A stretch of 64,000 bases of DNA from Ostreococcus lucimarinus. Taxonomy: Eukaryota. The translations under genes were made by a program, and so were the position numbers. Positions 38,947 to 49,622 of the stretch are shown one piece after another. The notes under the pieces were generated by a model. It was not told the origin of the DNA, searched no databases, and saw only the letters and a list, made by a program, of their open reading frames with translations. The first letter of the stretch is position 1; every line of letters begins with the position of its first letter. The stretch is from the NCBI GenBank assembly GCA_000092065.1, contig CP000587.1; one strand, 5' to 3'.

Positions 38947-40125
38947 ATGTCTCACGCGCGCGGTTCCATGCTCGCGTGCGCCGACGCACCGTCGACGACG
39001 GCGTCCGCGTCGCTCGACGCGCCGCCGCCGCCCGAGCGCGTCGTTCGCGACGGCGACCTCGTCGTCGTCGTCGAGGGCTTCAACGCCGCCGTCGCCGAGC
39101 GCGTGCGAAGCGGCGGCGTGTACGCGTCCAAGTACGGGACGTTTCACCACGACGATTGGATCGGGCGCGCGTTCGGCGCGCGCGCGCGCGAGCGGGACGG
39201 GAGAGGGTTCGTGTGGCTGTGCGCGCCGACGCCCGAGTTGTGGACGAAGGTGCTGGAACATCGCACGCAAATCCTGTACGCGGCGGACATATCGCTGGTG
39301 TGCGCGGAGATGGAACTGACGCCGGGGAGCGTGGTGATGGAGAGCGGGACGGGGTCGGGAAGCCTGACGCACGCGCTGGCGCGGTGCGTCGCGCCGACGG
39401 GACGAGTGTGGACGTACGAGTTCAACGAAACGCGCGTGAAAGCGGCAAAGGAAGAGTTCGCGCTGAATGGGATATCGGAGTACGTCACCGTGACGCACAG
39501 AGACATCGAACGGGATGGATTCCCGAAGGAGATGGCGGGACGCGCGGACGCGGTTTTTTTGGACTTGCCGGGGCCGCACAAGTGCGTGGGGAGCGTCGCG
39601 CGTAGTCTTCGCCCGGACGGCGTGCTCTGTTCGTTTTCGCCGTGCATCGAACAGGTGCAGAAAACTATTTTAGAGATGAAAAAGCACGGGTTTGCGGACG
39701 TCAAGACGGTGGAGTTGTTGGGGCGCGAATACGACGTCGAGGGAAAGCGGTTGCAGAGAGACTTGTCGGCGCCGCTGAGCAAGGCGACCAAGGTGGGATG
39801 GCGGAAGGACACTAAGCGCCCGCGTGACGCGCCGGTGGACGATGGCGACGACAACGTAATGACGCAGCACGTCGTCACATTTCCGCGACAGCGCCTGCAG
39901 TCGCACACGGCGTACCTGACGTTTGCCCGTCTCGTGCCCGAGCCCGAAGGTTGGGCGAAGACGCTCGCCGAGCGCTCGAAGAATGGCGTGGGTGGAGACT
40001 TGTTAGCGCGCGCGGCGGAGGTGTTGCAGAGGAATCGACGCAGTGGGCGCGACAGTCCAGCGCCACGGGCACCGAAAGCGCCGAACAAAAACATGCTCTC
40101 CAACCCGGGCGAGTACTCCGATTAG
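38947..40125 (+). CDS. TRM61: tRNA (adenine58-N1)-methyltransferase catalytic subunit
   Basis: ATG at 38947. There is identity to TRMT61A along the full length (WLCAPTPELWTKVLEHRTQILYAADISLVCAEMELTPGSVVMESGTGSGSLTHALARCVAPTGRVWTYEF...CSFSPCIEQVQKT...GYLTFAR). Confidence 0.85.
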   Translation: MSHARGSMLACADAPSTTASASLDAPPPPERVVRDGDLVVVVEGFNAAVAERVRSGGVYASKYGTFHHDDWIGRAFGARARERDGRGFVWLCAPTPELWTKVLEHRTQILYAADISLVCAEMELTPGSVVMESGTGSGSLTHALARCVAPTGRVWTYEFNETRVKAAKEEFALNGISEYVTVTHRDIERDGFPKEMAGRADAVFLDLPGPHKCVGSVARSLRPDGVLCSFSPCIEQVQKTILEMKKHGFADVKTVELLGREYDVEGKRLQRDLSAPLSKATKVGWRKDTKRPRDAPVDDGDDNVMTQHVVTFPRQRLQSHTAYLTFARLVPEPEGWAKTLAERSKNGVGGDLLARAAEVLQRNRRSGRDSPAPRAPKAPNKNMLSNPGEYSD

Positions 40126-40198
40126 TCGCTCTAGCGAGCTTTGCTATCGATAGAACTAAACCTTGCTATGCGCTACGCATACATGTAGCAAATATACG

Positions 40199-40990
40199 CT
40201 ATTTCTTCGCGTTCCTACCGCTCGACCCCATCCACGGCGCGAAAAACGCGTTTTGCACCCCCCACACGACGTCTTGCGTCTCCACGAACGCGTCTATCAC
40301 GGCGCCCCGTCCGTCGCCCGTCGACAGCCGTTTCGCCGCCGCCGCCCCCGCCGCGGGCACCGCCGCCAGCAAAGTCGGTCCCACCGACAGCGCCAACGCT
40401 GCGCGTTGTCCTAAATCCAGCTCAACCGGCTCGTACGTCTCCAACGCGTCCAAACGCGCGATCCACGCCTCGTCCAGACCGTGAAACCGCGCGCCTTCCC
40501 GCAGGAGCGTCGCGTATCGCAGCGACGGCGCTCGTTCGCCAAAATTCTTCAGCGTACGATGCGTCAGCGTCTTGCATCGCAGCTTTCGCCCATCGTACGC
40601 GTCGCAATCGACGTCCACGACGTCGTACGACCCTTCCGTGGTGACTAAGTACTCCCACTCGTCGCGCGTGATGCCGTGCGCGACGCCGTGGCACTCGGCC
40701 CCCTCGCGCGCGACCGCGCTCGCGAACGCCGGTTCGACGTACGGCACGCCGGGCACGTTGAACGCGAGCTCGAAGCCGCGCAGGACGCACGGCGTGGACG
40801 ACGTCGGGCGCATGCCGCGAACGCCGTCGAACGTGCTGGGATTGAGATTGCTGCCGTAGCAGAAGTAAAGAACGTCCGCGCCGCTCGACGACGCGCGCGC
40901 GGACGCGCGCGCGGACGACGGCGGTGTCGTCGATCGCGCGGCGCGCGGCGCGGGCGCGGCGCGCGGCGCGGGCGCGGCGGTGGCGAACAT
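40199..40990 (-). CDS. Gamma-glutamylcyclotransferase / AIG2-like protein
   Basis: ORF 263 aa with ATG at 40990. It has the LYFCYGSNLNPSTF N-terminal motif and the downstream acidic TTEGSYDVV, as in the GGCT fold. Confidence 0.65.
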   Translation of the reverse strand: MFATAAPAPRAAPAPRAARSTTPPSSARASARASSSGADVLYFCYGSNLNPSTFDGVRGMRPTSSTPCVLRGFELAFNVPGVPYVEPAFASAVAREGAECHGVAHGITRDEWEYLVTTEGSYDVVDVDCDAYDGRKLRCKTLTHRTLKNFGERAPSLRYATLLREGARFHGLDEAWIARLDALETYEPVELDLGQRAALALSVGPTLLAAVPAAGAAAAKRLSTGDGRGAVIDAFVETQDVVWGVQNAFFAPWMGSSGRNAKK

Positions 40991-41099
40991 CGCTTAGGGG
41001 AGGCTCGTTGTGTCGTCGTCGCGGCGACGAGCCGCGTCTCGTTTCATCTAAAATCTACTGTCACAGTAGTGTACTGTGCGATTCTACGGTCGTTTTGAG

Positions 41100-43214
41100 T
41101 CACGGAGGAGGAGGAGGCGGTGGTACGTTCATGCGCACCGGTTGCTGGGCGCCGGAAAGCGTCGCGATCAAACCGGCGAGATCTTGCGCTTGGAACGCCG
41201 GCGGCGCGGCGGCGGGCGGCGGCGGCGGGGGAACTTCTCGAAGAGTTTGGGGGGGCGCGAGCGGCGCCATCTGCGCTGAGGGTGGCGGTGGTGGCGGAAC
41301 CTCCATGAATTGCGCCGGTGGCGCGTTGGGCGCGTACTCATCCTCGTCGACGTGCTCTTCGACGCGCGTCTTCTTTGATCGATGAAGTTCCTTCGAGTCG
41401 ACTTTCCTTGGACCGATGCCTCGCGGATGAATCACCATTCCAATCATCCCCGTCGACGGTGGGACGTGTCCCGGGATAAGGTCGACGGTTAAGATGACTT
41501 TATCCGCGTGCTGACCGCGAGGCGCGAGATACAGCTCGATGCCATCCTCCGTTTTCGCCACGCCGCATCGCTTGCGCTCGCGATATTGTTTGACGATCTT
41601 CGCCATCGCCGCTTCCGCGTCGTCTCCGCCGCTCGGCGCGCTCGAGATATGCACGAGCGTCACCGCGCGCGACGTCGACGAGCGGTGGACTTGCTTGACG
41701 AAAGATTGCATGGCTTTGTAGTCGACGCGGCCTTTGATGTGCAAACTCTCGGGCAAGATGTCGCCGACGTGGGCGCCTTCGCCGCCGATGGGCACCGCTC
41801 GCAGCTGAAGCGTAGGCAGTCCTGGAACATCTACGGTGCCTTCCCACGCACCTTCGGGAAGAGGAACATCTATCGGGTCGTCGGCGGGATTGTATTCTTC
41901 TTCTTCCACCTCATCCGCCGTAGTCGCTTCCGGGTCGTACTCAGGTTCGTCCTCCGGTTCGTACTCGGGCTCTGGCTCGTATTCCGGCGCGGCGTCTTCC
42001 TCGTCTTCCTCTTCTTCCTGCTCCTCTTCCTTGTCTTCTTCGCCTCCATTCGCAAACTTTTCGAAAGAAAGCATTTCTGAATCATCACCGTCGACGTTCA
42101 TCGGTGCGGCTTCTTCGTGCTCCTCGTCTGACAGTTGGTCGTTCCCAGACGTCACGTCAATCTCGGTGACTTGCGTCGGCTCTTCCTCGACGCTCGGCGT
42201 TTGTTCCACGGGCTTCGACGGCGCCGGTTCTTCTGGCTTCAGCTCGACGTGAATTTCATTCTTCCCATCTTTCTTCACCACTATATCCTCAAGCGCGATT
42301 CCCTTCATAAAGGCACCCTCGCCCGCGATTTCCTGTCGCGCCTTGCGCCACTCGACGAGCTCCTTGTTGGCCAACTGCAGCGGAGACATGTCCACGAGTT
42401 GTGAAGCTTTCAAATCGTTCGCGAGCACGCGCGCCCGTAATTGAGGGTTGCGCACGTCCTGTAAGTTGGATTTTAAAGACCGCGCGCGCGTTCTGTACTC
42501 TTTGTCAGCCGAACCGCATTTTTTATACAGCGCCGATTCGACCGCCGCGGCGACTTCGCTCGGCGTTCCATTGGCTTCGTCGTGCCCGCTCGCTTTCGTC
42601 TCCTCCGCCGCCATCTCCATCGCCTTCAAAATGAATTCACGAACGGTACTGCGAATCTTTTCCTCCTCCGCCTTCGCCGCCTCCATCTCCGCCATTCGTT
42701 TACGATTCGGTTGCTTTGTCCGTTCCCGCTTCGCGCCTCGCGCCTCTTGCGCGTCTCGTCGCGCCATCATCTCCCTCGCGTGCGCCTCGTCCCTGTACAC
42801 CGGCCACGACACCTCATCGTCTAAAATCGCTTCCTCGAGATTGATCGACTCGCGTTCGCCCTCCTCCGCGTCCGGGCCGAGCGAATCCGGGTACCACAGC
42901 GTCGCCGTTCTCGCCTTCGCGTCGATCTCCATCACCTTGGCGTCGTACCACACCCCCGTCTCCGGCCACGCCACGGACACGTACTTCCCTGTCGTTTCGA
43001 ACCGCACGCGCGTCAGTGTCGTTCGTTCGCGCCCGTCGTCGTCGTCGTCGCGCGCGCCGTCGCGTCGCGCCGTCGCGAAACGCGTTCGAGCAATCATCGC
43101 CGTCTCGACCAATCGACCCACGAACGACCGTCGATTCGCGTCGAAAGCGCGTCGCGCACCTCGCAACCGCGAGCTGATGTCATCCAGCGTCAACAGCTTG
43201 CGCTTGTCTCGCAT
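41100..43214 (-). CDS. TFIIS central-domain protein with an N-terminal Tudor/agenet-like region and acidic repeats (PHF3/Bye1/SPOC-type transcription regulator)
   Basis: ORF 704 aa with ATG at 43214. The TFIIS-M domain is ALYKKCGSADKEYRTRARSLKSNLQDVRNPQLRARVLANDLKASQLVDMSPLQLANKELVEWR. The C-terminal half resembles a SPOC domain. There are poly-E/D linkers and proline-rich tails. Confidence 0.6.
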   Translation of the reverse strand: MRDKRKLLTLDDISSRLRGARRAFDANRRSFVGRLVETAMIARTRFATARRDGARDDDDDGRERTTLTRVRFETTGKYVSVAWPETGVWYDAKVMEIDAKARTATLWYPDSLGPDAEEGERESINLEEAILDDEVSWPVYRDEAHAREMMARRDAQEARGAKRERTKQPNRKRMAEMEAAKAEEEKIRSTVREFILKAMEMAAEETKASGHDEANGTPSEVAAAVESALYKKCGSADKEYRTRARSLKSNLQDVRNPQLRARVLANDLKASQLVDMSPLQLANKELVEWRKARQEIAGEGAFMKGIALEDIVVKKDGKNEIHVELKPEEPAPSKPVEQTPSVEEEPTQVTEIDVTSGNDQLSDEEHEEAAPMNVDGDDSEMLSFEKFANGGEEDKEEEQEEEEDEEDAAPEYEPEPEYEPEDEPEYDPEATTADEVEEEEYNPADDPIDVPLPEGAWEGTVDVPGLPTLQLRAVPIGGEGAHVGDILPESLHIKGRVDYKAMQSFVKQVHRSSTSRAVTLVHISSAPSGGDDAEAAMAKIVKQYRERKRCGVAKTEDGIELYLAPRGQHADKVILTVDLIPGHVPPSTGMIGMVIHPRGIGPRKVDSKELHRSKKTRVEEHVDEDEYAPNAPPAQFMEVPPPPPPSAQMAPLAPPQTLREVPPPPPPAAAPPAFQAQDLAGLIATLSGAQQPVRMNVPPPPPPP

Positions 43215-43285
43215 CGCGACGCGTCGCGCCGGCGCGCGCGTCGTCGAATCGCGACGACCGCGCGGCGTCAGACGAAGACGCGCGG
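43215..43285. promoter_or_regulatory. Divergent promoter region between the TFIIS-domain gene (minus) and V-ATPase subunit e (plus), only 71 bp
   Basis: Head-to-head ATG codons at 43214 and 43286. Confidence 0.3.
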
Positions 43286-43385
43286 ATGGGGTTCTGGTTC
43301 ACCACGCTCGCGTTCGCCGCGCTCGAGGGGGTGTTCTACGCCTACGTCCAGGGCTCGGCGCCCGCGGCGCGACGATCGTGCGTGA

Positions 43386-43416
<31 letters not shown>

Positions 43417-43621
43417 ACGACGACGGATGGCTCGGTCGACGGCTGCACGAGTGAACGAAAGGATGACGACGATGACTGACGGCACGACGCGCGGACGACG
43501 CAGTTTCCTGCACGTGATGTACGGCACGAGCGTGTTCTGCTGTTGGTTCATGTGGGCGGTGATTTACATGGCGCAGATGACGCCGCTGGTGCGGCCGGTG
43601 TTGCAGGCGAAGGAGTCGTAG
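43286..43621 (+). CDS. V-type ATPase subunit e (Vma21/ATP6V0E-like), 2 exons with an in-frame intron at 43378..43503
   Basis: Exon 1 reads MGFWFTTLAFAALEGVFYAYVQGSAPAARR. A 126-nt GTGCGT intron (ACTGAC at 43475..43480, acceptor CAG) joins it to S-FLHVMYGTSVFCCWFMWAVIYMAQMTPLVRPVLQAKES. The spliced 70-aa product aligns to human ATP6V0E1 ([54 protein letters not shown]). Confidence 0.7.
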
Positions 43622-43875
43622 CGGATTCGATTCGACTCGATTCGAGACGCGGGACGAGGGCGAACGCGCGCCGAAGCGTCGGTCGGTGCGCACGTAGGTT
43701 TAGAATATGTAGAATGTCTGTAATCGCGGAGAGAGAAAACGCTTAGAATGGTGAGGGATCGTCGTCGTCGTCGTCGTCTTTAGTGTCGCAGGATGTTTGG
43801 TAGCGAAGTAATGTATTCGGCAAAGCCCGTTCGAGTTCTAGGTTCCTAATACCGGACTACCGATGCCGCGATTGG

Positions 43876-45289
<1,414 letters not shown>

Positions 45290-45419
45290 GCGTCGACGAT
45301 CGAACGACGACGACCATGAGGTGTTTTGTGAATGAAATATGAATGAATTGCGACTGTGACTTGTATGAATCCGCGACGGTGTCATAAATTATGAATTTTG
45401 AGTATTAATATTAAAACGT

Positions 45420-46850
45420 TTACGTGTCACCCGTCCATTCGAACGCGACTCGATCCCGCTCGAGCGACGTGCGAACGATGGAGTTCACGCGATCGCGCAA
45501 ATCTTTTCCCGGTAAGCGGCTGATGACGTCGACGCCGAAACCGCTCACCAAGAGCGAGCGGGCGGTCTCCGCGCTCAAACCTCGCGAGCGAATGTAGAAC
45601 AACTCCTCCTCTTCCAAATCGCTCACGGTGCACCCGTGCGTGCACTTCACGTCGTCCGCTATGATTTGCAAATTCGGCTTGACGTTAACCGTCGCCTTAG
45701 GAACGAGTAACAAGTTACGCGAAAGCTGCTGCGCGTCCGTGCGCTGTGCCATGCGGTTCACCTGAACGTTGCCGTCGAAGACGCCTTTACCGCTCGCCGC
45801 GCTCACGATGCACTTGTGCACCTGATTGCTCGAACCTTCTTCGTGATCTAACTGCAGCTTGCTGTGTAAGTCTAAGGTTTGATTCGAACCAGCGAGGTTG
45901 AAGCATCCGAGGACGGTTTCCGTGCGCGGACCGAGCTGCTTGATGTTCAAATCATGACGCGCCGTCTTGCCGCCGACGGAAATCTCATTCACCTCGTACT
46001 TCGAATCTTCCGCCTGCGTCACGAGCGTCGTGCGCGTGTGCGTGGCCCCGCGGCCGTGGTTCTGAATGAGCGCATGCTTCATCGACGCTCCCTTTTCGAC
46101 GGCGATTTCGCAGACGCCGTTTTGCCAGTACTCGGTTTCGCCCTCGCCCGCGAAATCTTCGACGACGCACAACTCGCCCTCTTCCTCCACCACGATGGTG
46201 ATTCGCGGCGCCGAAACGCGCGTGGCACCGTTTTCACCACCCGTAGACATCGTCACGATATGGACCGGCGACGCGCACTTCACGCCCTTGGGCACGCGAA
46301 CGACGACGACATCCGCCGCGCTCGCCGAGTTGATGGCGGCGAAAACGTTACCCCGCGTCGCGCTCTGCTTTCCAGTCGTCGCATCCGCCGCACCGACGCT
46401 GATTTTAATCCCAGCCTTCGCCGCGCCTTCAAAGTCACTCTGCGTGGCATCCAACACGCCGTCCACCAAAACGACAGTCGCGCACGCATCCTCCACGCGC
46501 GTCGCGCTCGCGTCCGCGCTCGCCCCCTCCTTCGGCCCCACGAGCGTCGCCGTCGTCAACGCGCTGAAATCCGTGAATCGATACTCTTCCGCTCGGTTCG
46601 TCGGCGCGCGCGCCGATCGCAGCGCAACCACCTCATCCGTCTTCGCCAGCGTCCCCGGTCGCGTCGTCGCCGTCGCCGCGCGTCCGACGAAGCCGTCGTC
46701 GTACGCCGCCGCCTCCGTCGCCTCCGTCGCCGCCGCCGCGCACCGCACCCCTCGCGCCGTCGCGCTTCGTCTCGCGCGCGCCTCCCTCCGCGACGTTCTC
46801 GCGCATCGCGCGACGTTCGCGCGCGCGATCGCGCGCGTCGTCGTCGCCAT
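45420..46850 (-). CDS. SUFD: Fe-S cluster assembly protein SufD (plastid SUF system)
   Basis: ORF 476 aa with ATG at 46850. It has a beta-helix SufBD domain with the conserved C-terminal region (DDVKCTHGCTVSDLEEEELFYIRSRGLSAETARSLLVSGF). An A/R-rich transit peptide precedes it. Confidence 0.85.
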   Translation of the reverse strand: MATTTRAIARANVARCARTSRREARARRSATARGVRCAAAATEATEAAAYDDGFVGRAATATTRPGTLAKTDEVVALRSARAPTNRAEEYRFTDFSALTTATLVGPKEGASADASATRVEDACATVVLVDGVLDATQSDFEGAAKAGIKISVGAADATTGKQSATRGNVFAAINSASAADVVVVRVPKGVKCASPVHIVTMSTGGENGATRVSAPRITIVVEEEGELCVVEDFAGEGETEYWQNGVCEIAVEKGASMKHALIQNHGRGATHTRTTLVTQAEDSKYEVNEISVGGKTARHDLNIKQLGPRTETVLGCFNLAGSNQTLDLHSKLQLDHEEGSSNQVHKCIVSAASGKGVFDGNVQVNRMAQRTDAQQLSRNLLLVPKATVNVKPNLQIIADDVKCTHGCTVSDLEEEELFYIRSRGLSAETARSLLVSGFGVDVISRLPGKDLRDRVNSIVRTSLERDRVAFEWTGDT

Positions 46851-46903
46851 CGCGCGTCGCGCGCGCGCGTTTCGTTCGCGCGCGCCGCGGAAACCCCTCC
46901 CTC

Positions 46904-46955
46904 GCCTTCGCGACGCCTTCGCGACGCCTTCGCGACGCCTTCGCGACGCCTTCGC
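46904..46955. repeat. 11-nt tandem repeat (GCCTTCGCGAC) of 4.5 copies in the SufD/kinase divergent promoter
   Basis: There are four perfect copies and a partial one. The period is not a multiple of 3 and the region is intergenic. Confidence 0.85.
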
Positions 46956-47121
46956 GCGCGCGCGTCGCTCGCGCGCGCTCTAAACCTTTACCGCGACGCG
47001 TTCGACGCGCGTTCGCTCGCTCGACGTCGCGCGTCGCGCTCTGCCGCGCGTCGTCCCGCTCGACGCCGACTTTATCCATTCATCCCTCGCGCCGACGTCC
47101 GTCACACGGCGCCGCGCGAGC

Positions 47122-48729
47122 ATGGACGACGCGACGACCGCGCGGTCGACGCGTGGGTTTTCGCTGTCGCCGACGCCCGCGCGCGCGGCCGGCGACGCGC
47201 GCGCGCACGCGGACGCCGTCGCCGAGGCGTGGGCGCTGAGCGGGCTCGCCGCGCCGCCGCGCGCGACGTCGCCCGCGGACGCGCGCGCGCTGAGCCGATC
47301 GAGCAGCGGGGCGTGCGATGAGGAAGCGATCAACGCCGCGCGCGATGCGGACACGCCGTCGCCGTCGCTGAAACGGAGCGGAAGCTCGTCGCTGAGCATG
47401 CTGAGCCAAGGCTTGCGAAGGATCGACAGCGGACTGCTCATCGACGTCGCGCCGAGCGCGCCGAAGAAGAAACTCACGCCCGATGATTTCGATATATTGA
47501 AATTGGTCGGACAGGGCGCGTTCGGGAAGGTGTTTCAAGTGAGGAAAAAAGATAGCGGGGCGATATACGCGATGAAGGTGATGAAGAAGGAACGCATCGT
47601 GGAGAAGGACCAAGCCGAGTACACGAGAGCGGAGCGAGACATTTTGACGGCGGTGACGCATCCGTTCATCGTGAGTCTGCGGTATTCGTTCCAGACGACG
47701 AGTAAATTGTACTTGATTTTAGAATTTATTAACGGCGGGCACTTGTTTTTTCAGTTGTATCAGCAAGGGACGTTCGGGGATGAGCTGACCAAGTTTTACA
47801 TTTCGGAAATTTGTCTCGCCATCGGGCACTTGCACTCGCTGAGCATCATGCATAGGGATTTGAAACCGGAGAACATATTGGTCGATCACGATGGACACGT
47901 GAAGATTACGGATTTCGGGTTGGCGAAGAGGATCGTTGACGATAAGCGCGCGAATTCGCTCGCGGGATCGATCGATTACATGGCGCCGGAAATCTTAAAC
48001 GCCAAGGGACACGGCAAGACGGCGGATTGGTGGTCCGTGGGAGTGCTGATGTTCGAGATGTTGTCCGGCACGCTGCCTTTCAAGGGGAAGAACAAGCAAG
48101 CGGTGCAAAAGGCAATCTGCAGCGAAAAAGTCAAGGTGCCGAATTACTTCCAACCCGAAGCCGTGGGGCTCATCAAGGGTTTATTGGCGAAAGATCCGTC
48201 GATGCGCCTCGGTCGCGGCGACGACGGCACGGCGGATATCAAAAGTCACAAATATTTTAAAGGCGTGGACTGGGCGAAGATCGCCGCAAAGGCGAATCCT
48301 CCACCGTTCAAGCCGAACGTTCACGGCGAGCACTGCACCGCAAACTTCGACACGCGATGGACGGATGTCGATCCCGTGGACTCCGTCGCCGCGACGCCCG
48401 TCTCCGGCGAACAAGAAAAATTCCTCGGATTCACCTTCGTATCGAGTTTCATGGAAAAGGCGATGGCCAAACTCGGTCGCGTCGTGCACGGTGACGAAGA
48501 CAAAGACGTCACGAACGCCGAAGACGACGACGACGACGACGACGACGACGACCAGCGCGCGCTCGAAACCACCATGGACGAGCTCGAACTCTCCGACGGC
48601 GAAGACTCGTCGCCCCAGAAACGCGCCGATTCCGGCGCCGCCGCGCCGACGCGCGCGATGGACGTGGCCCTGAAAAAGCCACCGCTCCTCCGCTCGGACG
48701 CCCCGTCGTTCGTTCCCGGCCGCTTTTAA
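47122..48729 (+). CDS. AGC-family serine/threonine kinase (p70 S6 kinase-like)
   Basis: ATG at 47122. The kinase domain is FDILKLVGQGAFGKVFQVRKK...YAMKVMKK...HRDLKPENILVDHDGHVKITDFGLAK...DYMAPE. The AGC C-terminal tail has FLGFTFV. An acidic (GAC)10 insertion lies near the C-terminus. Confidence 0.85.
   Translation: MDDATTARSTRGFSLSPTPARAAGDARAHADAVAEAWALSGLAAPPRATSPADARALSRSSSGACDEEAINAARDADTPSPSLKRSGSSSLSMLSQGLRRIDSGLLIDVAPSAPKKKLTPDDFDILKLVGQGAFGKVFQVRKKDSGAIYAMKVMKKERIVEKDQAEYTRAERDILTAVTHPFIVSLRYSFQTTSKLYLILEFINGGHLFFQLYQQGTFGDELTKFYISEICLAIGHLHSLSIMHRDLKPENILVDHDGHVKITDFGLAKRIVDDKRANSLAGSIDYMAPEILNAKGHGKTADWWSVGVLMFEMLSGTLPFKGKNKQAVQKAICSEKVKVPNYFQPEAVGLIKGLLAKDPSMRLGRGDDGTADIKSHKYFKGVDWAKIAAKANPPPFKPNVHGEHCTANFDTRWTDVDPVDSVAATPVSGEQEKFLGFTFVSSFMEKAMAKLGRVVHGDEDKDVTNAEDDDDDDDDDDQRALETTMDELELSDGEDSSPQKRADSGAAAPTRAMDVALKKPPLLRSDAPSFVPGRF
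48523..48552 (+). repeat. (GAC)10 microsatellite encoding a poly-Asp tract in the AGC kinase
   Basis: A perfect trinucleotide run inside the CDS (NAEDDDDDDDDDDQRALE). Confidence 0.9.
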
Positions 48730-48769
48730 GCTTTGAAGCTCGGCTCTCGCGCCGTCTGTATATAGCACC

Positions 48770-48774
48770 TGTAA
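48770..48774 (+). promoter_or_regulatory. TGTAA motif about 41 nt after the AGC kinase stop
   Basis: agcacctgtaaagcgcg. Confidence 0.3.
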
Positions 48775-48853
48775 AGCGCGTACGCACTTAGCCATCGTCC
48801 CTCAAAGCGCGCCGCGCCGCGCCGCGCCGCGCGCGCGGAGCGTCGCCGCGCCG

Positions 48854-49504
48854 ATGCTCCGAGTCACCGTGGACGTCATCGCCGTCCCCGACGCGCCGCT
48901 CGACGCGCGACGCTTCGTCGTGGACGCGCCGGAGGACGTCACGTTCGCCGACTTGCGCGAAATCTTGGCGACGCGCGCGCGCGTCGACGCGTCCACCGTG
49001 CGCGTGCACGTCAAGGGAAAGGCGTGCCGAGACGACGACTCGCCGCGAAAACACGCGACGCGCGATGGGCGGTTGCGGGTGAGCGTGATGCCGGATCCAG
49101 CCGCGCGACGCCGCGCGATGGATGCGGAGCTGCGGCGACTGCGCGACGAACAAAAGCGAAAGTTCGCCGAAGCGCGGAGCGACGAGAATTCTTCAGACGA
49201 CGCCGCGGCGAAGCGGAGAGCGACGACGGCGATCGATGATAAGACGCGAGAGTGCGAACGCCTGAGCGCGGAGGTGGACGCGCTGGAACGATTCGGATCG
49301 GACGGCGCGCGAACGCGCGAGCGGTTACACTTTTTGAGCGACGCGTTCGAGCGAGCGTTGGTGCACTTGGACGGGATCGATAGCTTGGGCGATGACGACG
49401 TGCGCGCGGCGCGCAAGCGCGCCGTGCGGTTTGTGGACGCGCTGGCGGAGCGAGTCATAGACATGAAGAGTCGTCTCGCGGAGGGAGGCGAAGCCGGAGC
49501 GTAA
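48854..49504 (+). CDS. BAG-family co-chaperone with an N-terminal ubiquitin-like domain
   Basis: ATG at 48854. The ubiquitin-like N-terminus is MLRVTVDVIAVPDAPLDARRFVVDAPEDVTFADLREILATRA. The C-terminal helical BAG-like region is LHFLSDAFERALVHLDGIDSLGDDDVRAARKRAVRFVDALAERV. Confidence 0.65.
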   Translation: MLRVTVDVIAVPDAPLDARRFVVDAPEDVTFADLREILATRARVDASTVRVHVKGKACRDDDSPRKHATRDGRLRVSVMPDPAARRRAMDAELRRLRDEQKRKFAEARSDENSSDDAAAKRRATTAIDDKTRECERLSAEVDALERFGSDGARTRERLHFLSDAFERALVHLDGIDSLGDDDVRAARKRAVRFVDALAERVIDMKSRLAEGGEAGA

Positions 49505-49523
49505 CCGACGCGACGAACGCGCC

Positions 49524-49616
49524 GAAGAACAGTCCCTTCGAAGAACAGTCCCTTCGAAGGTAGTGCCTTTGAAGATAGACCCATCGTAGATAGCTCGATC
49601 GTAGATAGCCCCATGG
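49524..49616. repeat. Array of about 6 diverged 15-16-nt units (GAAGAACAGTCCCTTC-like), relatively AT-rich, in the BAG-gene 3' region and F-box promoter
   Basis: gaagaacagtcccttc x2 is followed by gaaggtagtgccttt, gaagatagacccatc, gtagatagctcgatc and gtagatagccccatgg. Confidence 0.7.
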
Positions 49617-49622
49617 AAAAGA

